Source of the DNA: Heteronotia binoei
Taxonomy: Eukaryota
Length of the DNA stretch: 64,000 nucleotides
Assembly: GCF_032191835.1 (NCBI RefSeq)
Contig: NC_083225.1
Span: forward strand, 57,040,001-57,104,000
Direction of reading: 5' to 3'
The notes under the pieces are model-generated. The model was not told the DNA's origin. It worked only from the letters and a program-made list of their open reading frames with translations, and made no database searches. Shown here in pieces: positions 61,191 to 64,000 of this stretch. A program made the translations under genes and the position numbers. The first letter of the stretch is position 1; each line of letters opens with the position of its first letter.

Positions 61191-62419
61191 TGGGCTTAGC
61201 TGGGGACATAAGCTGTAACCACAGCTGTTGATTGATCTGGTCCCAGGGAATTGAGGGTTTCAATGCCGCCCTCATACGGAACTCCTCATCGTACTGCAGC
61301 CACGCAGCACCCACAAAGTCCGTATATGCCTTATATATAATGTCACAGTATTGGAACAGCGGAGCCGCCCGTAAAGGCTGTGCTCGCGCAATTACCCCGG
61401 ATAAATCAAAAACCCCGGTAACCAGTTAGCCCAATTCCCTTCGACCTTTCTGCGTTTTAGCTTCTCTTTATCCTTTTCATCAAGTTCGTCCTTGTCCTTC
61501 TTCTCCAACTCCCTAAAGAGAAGACTAAAGACGATGACATACTCCCCACAGAGTATTTTTTCTCTAGTAGCCACCATCAAGTGATCCCCCAATGGCATGG
61601 TAGTGTCGCCAAAAGGACGACATTGAAAAGGAACTGACCCAAAGGGGGTTGGAGCAAAACCCCAACCCCCCCACTGGGGAACCGGCCATCCGGAAGACCC
61701 TTGACCACACAATTGATTCCCCCATGGAAGAGACCCACCCGGGGACTGCTGCATTGAGGCCCCTTGTGATTAATATGGAATAGCGGCAGCAGCTGAAGCC
61801 TGAGTAAGGTTCCAAGGCAAAATCTGCCCTTGGCCACTGAGACCCCAACTCCCCACAACCCCGGGCAAGCCGATTGACCCCCAACCACACCAGGGCTGAA
61901 CATAGCCGTGGGGCTAGCCATTCCTGACAAGCAGAGGGGCCCCCAACTCCCCCAGGGCCACACCCCAGAGTTACCTGGCCTCGACTGCTTACCATCGGAG
62001 TCATCAATGCCGACCGCCACTACTATAGGCGCCGTACCACCACCTCCGCCAGGACGACACGACACATCCGGGGCGTTCGCCTCTTCCTCAGAGTCAGGGT
62101 TGTTGTCAGGTGGCACCTGACTCGGCACTCGCGGTGGTCCCGATGGAGCCGACATATCCTGCAAGGTGGAAAGATGAGCCAGGACCTCCTGCTCGAAGGC
62201 CCTGGTGGAAGTCTGAGTGGCTTTACGCCCCCGAACAAGCCCAGTTGATCCCGGTACCAAACCCTGCTGATGCTCTAAAGCAGCCAGCCTTTCCACTATG
62301 GCCAGCCTGGTGCGTGCCTCCTCCTCATCGCCAGAACGCTCAGCAGGACTAGGCCTCTTGGGCACTGCCTTAAGAGGCTGCTTGCCCTTGGATTTTCCTT
62401 GCCCCTTCCTAGGTGCCAT
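60889..62419 (-). pseudogene. Ngaro gag-like ORF1 (frameshifted) with C-terminal zinc fingers
   Basis: ATG at 62419; PLGDHL..ATREKI..GEYV.VFSLL; AWLQYDEEFR.RAA; W.QINQQLWLQLM; CWEYTSQGVCNRKTCKYKHECPLCGGSH. Confidence 0.85.
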
Positions 62420-62442
62420 GGCACAAAAACACCACTACTAAT

Positions 62443-62546
62443 CCCAACAAACAAGTCGCAGGGCAACACCCAATACACCCTAACCAGTAATCAGCCCAAC
62501 AAACAAGTCGCAGGGCAACACCCAATACACCCTAACCAGTAATCAG
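62443..62546. repeat. Perfect tandem duplication of 52 bp in the Ngaro leader
   Basis: CCCAACAAACAAGTCGCAGGGCAACACCCAATACACCCTAACCAGTAATCAG at 62443 and 62495. Confidence 0.95.
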
Positions 62547-64000
62547 CCCTGGAGATGGCAAGGACTAGAGCAAAACCCACGGCACTCAGCCCAGGTGCCC
62601 CTACCCTTGATCCCAAAGAGGGAAGTATTGTCTACTAAGACTTGGAGCAGCTCTCCCAGTCACGTGCCTGGACCCTATCCCAACAGAGACCTGTGGGCTG
62701 GCCTAGGACCCACCACCTACCCAGCAGCCACACTGCCACAGGCCACAGGCCGCCCCACATATAAGGAAGAAGGGGGGCTGCAGCCCCGTGGCCGCTAACG
62801 AAGCGTGTGGGGGGGCGCTACCGGACCATCTGCCTCTCCCCGCACTAAACACACAACGAAAAAACAGGCACTGACGCGGCAGCGCCAATGCCCAGCCAAC
62901 CAGCAGCCTCCGATGCAGAGAAAGAGCCTTTCACTCAATCATGCCACAGGGAAAGACTCCGTCGTAAATGCCGGAGCCAAACGCCGCCGAGCCTACAGAC
63001 CTCACTGCAGGAGCGTCAAGCAATCTAACTTGAAGCAGATCTGAGTATAATGCAAGTGCATGGAAATGCAGTATTGATAGAAGTTCAGTACCCAGTTTTT
63101 CTCGGCACTTTTAATGATGTTTGAACTTGCATTGGATAAATACTTCGCTCTCCTTTTGGAGTGTCAGGAATTGGTTTTCAATGGCAATTAGGTGCTTTCA
63201 TGCTGTTTATCTTTTGCAAACCTGCCTGTTGATGTCATTAAAAGTCAGCAGGAAAATAGCTCCAGCATCCATCCTTTAATGACTTTGGAAGAATGTTGTA
63301 TTTGGAAATGTTCTACTCAAAGTCAGTTTTTGATAAGAGTCCAAACAAGGCTTTTCTCAGACTTCAGATCCAGTATCACCCATACTTTATGGGTAATATA
63401 AATTTAACTATAAAAACTTTACAATGTAGCTCAGCATATGATACTTCCTAAATCTGAGCCTCCAATATCTCAGGAACAAACAATCAGCTGAGATATCCAC
63501 CAGCTTTTTCACTGATAAAATATTGAGAATACGTTAGAATCTGGATGTCAGTTGTAACACAGGTAGTTTAGAAGAAAGGCTGAGCTTTGCACTGTATGTT
63601 GGTCATCCCTCAAAATCAAGTCAGAAGCTCCATCTGGTCCAGAACACTCTGGATCAACTATTAGTGTGAAGCCAGACATAGCATATATATTACTCCCATT
63701 CTACAAACCTTCCATTGGTTGCCCATTTGTTACTGAGCCTCAGGTTAAGATCACACAGTTTAAGACCCCTTCAGGGTCTTGGTCCCTGTTATTTACCTAT
63801 TTCTCTCTGGTATGCCATGTCAGCAGGGGTTTCTGCTGTATATAGCATATAAAATAGGATCCTATTAGGTATTCTCTGTATCTCTTAATATGTCATATTA
63901 ACACTTATGCTATGGAGGTAGATCAAGCTGGGTAACGAAGTTAGTCTGTCTATAACAGTAGAAAAGAGCAAGAGTCCAGTATCAAGAATCCAGACTAATA

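Larger units (their letters stand above)
56780..63020 (-). mobile_element. Ngaro-type YR retrotransposon with gag, RT/RNase H, YR and SGNH hydrolase; decayed, terminal repeats incomplete
   Basis: Overlapping minus-strand ORFs with Ngaro-like motifs (listed below); GC/CpG-rich block relative to flanks. The outer boundaries are approximate. Confidence 0.9.

Overview
Repeat-dominated, AT-rich vertebrate genomic DNA. It is most likely squamate, probably a gecko; this is inferred from the SINE, MITE and LINE complement. No host protein-coding exon could be recognised. Main contents: (1) a Ty1/copia LTR retrotransposon on the minus strand with an uninterrupted 1120-codon gag-pol frame running off the window start (absent from the ORF track), a half-tRNA-iMet primer site and a 5' LTR; (2) a decayed Ngaro-type tyrosine-recombinase retrotransposon (about 56.8-63.0 kb, minus) carrying gag, RT, RNase H, YR and an extra SGNH-hydrolase ORF, with a solo LTR (ATATT TSD) inserted in its RNase H; (3) a 5'-truncated DIRS1-type element (51.1-53.65 kb, minus) with RNase H, a Dam-like methyltransferase domain, YR and the ICR/terminal inverted repeat, whose YR is split by a tRNA-derived SINE; (4) Penelope-like terminal-repeat remnants with decayed hammerhead-ribozyme cores, including an inverted pair; (5) CR1, L2, RTE-X-like, L1 and Gypsy fragments, several hAT MITEs with readable 8-bp TSDs, tRNA- and 5S-derived SINEs, and a 3'-truncated U6 retrocopy with a 10-bp TSD. 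All alignments and translations were done by eye, and family names are assigned from motif recall rather than database searches.
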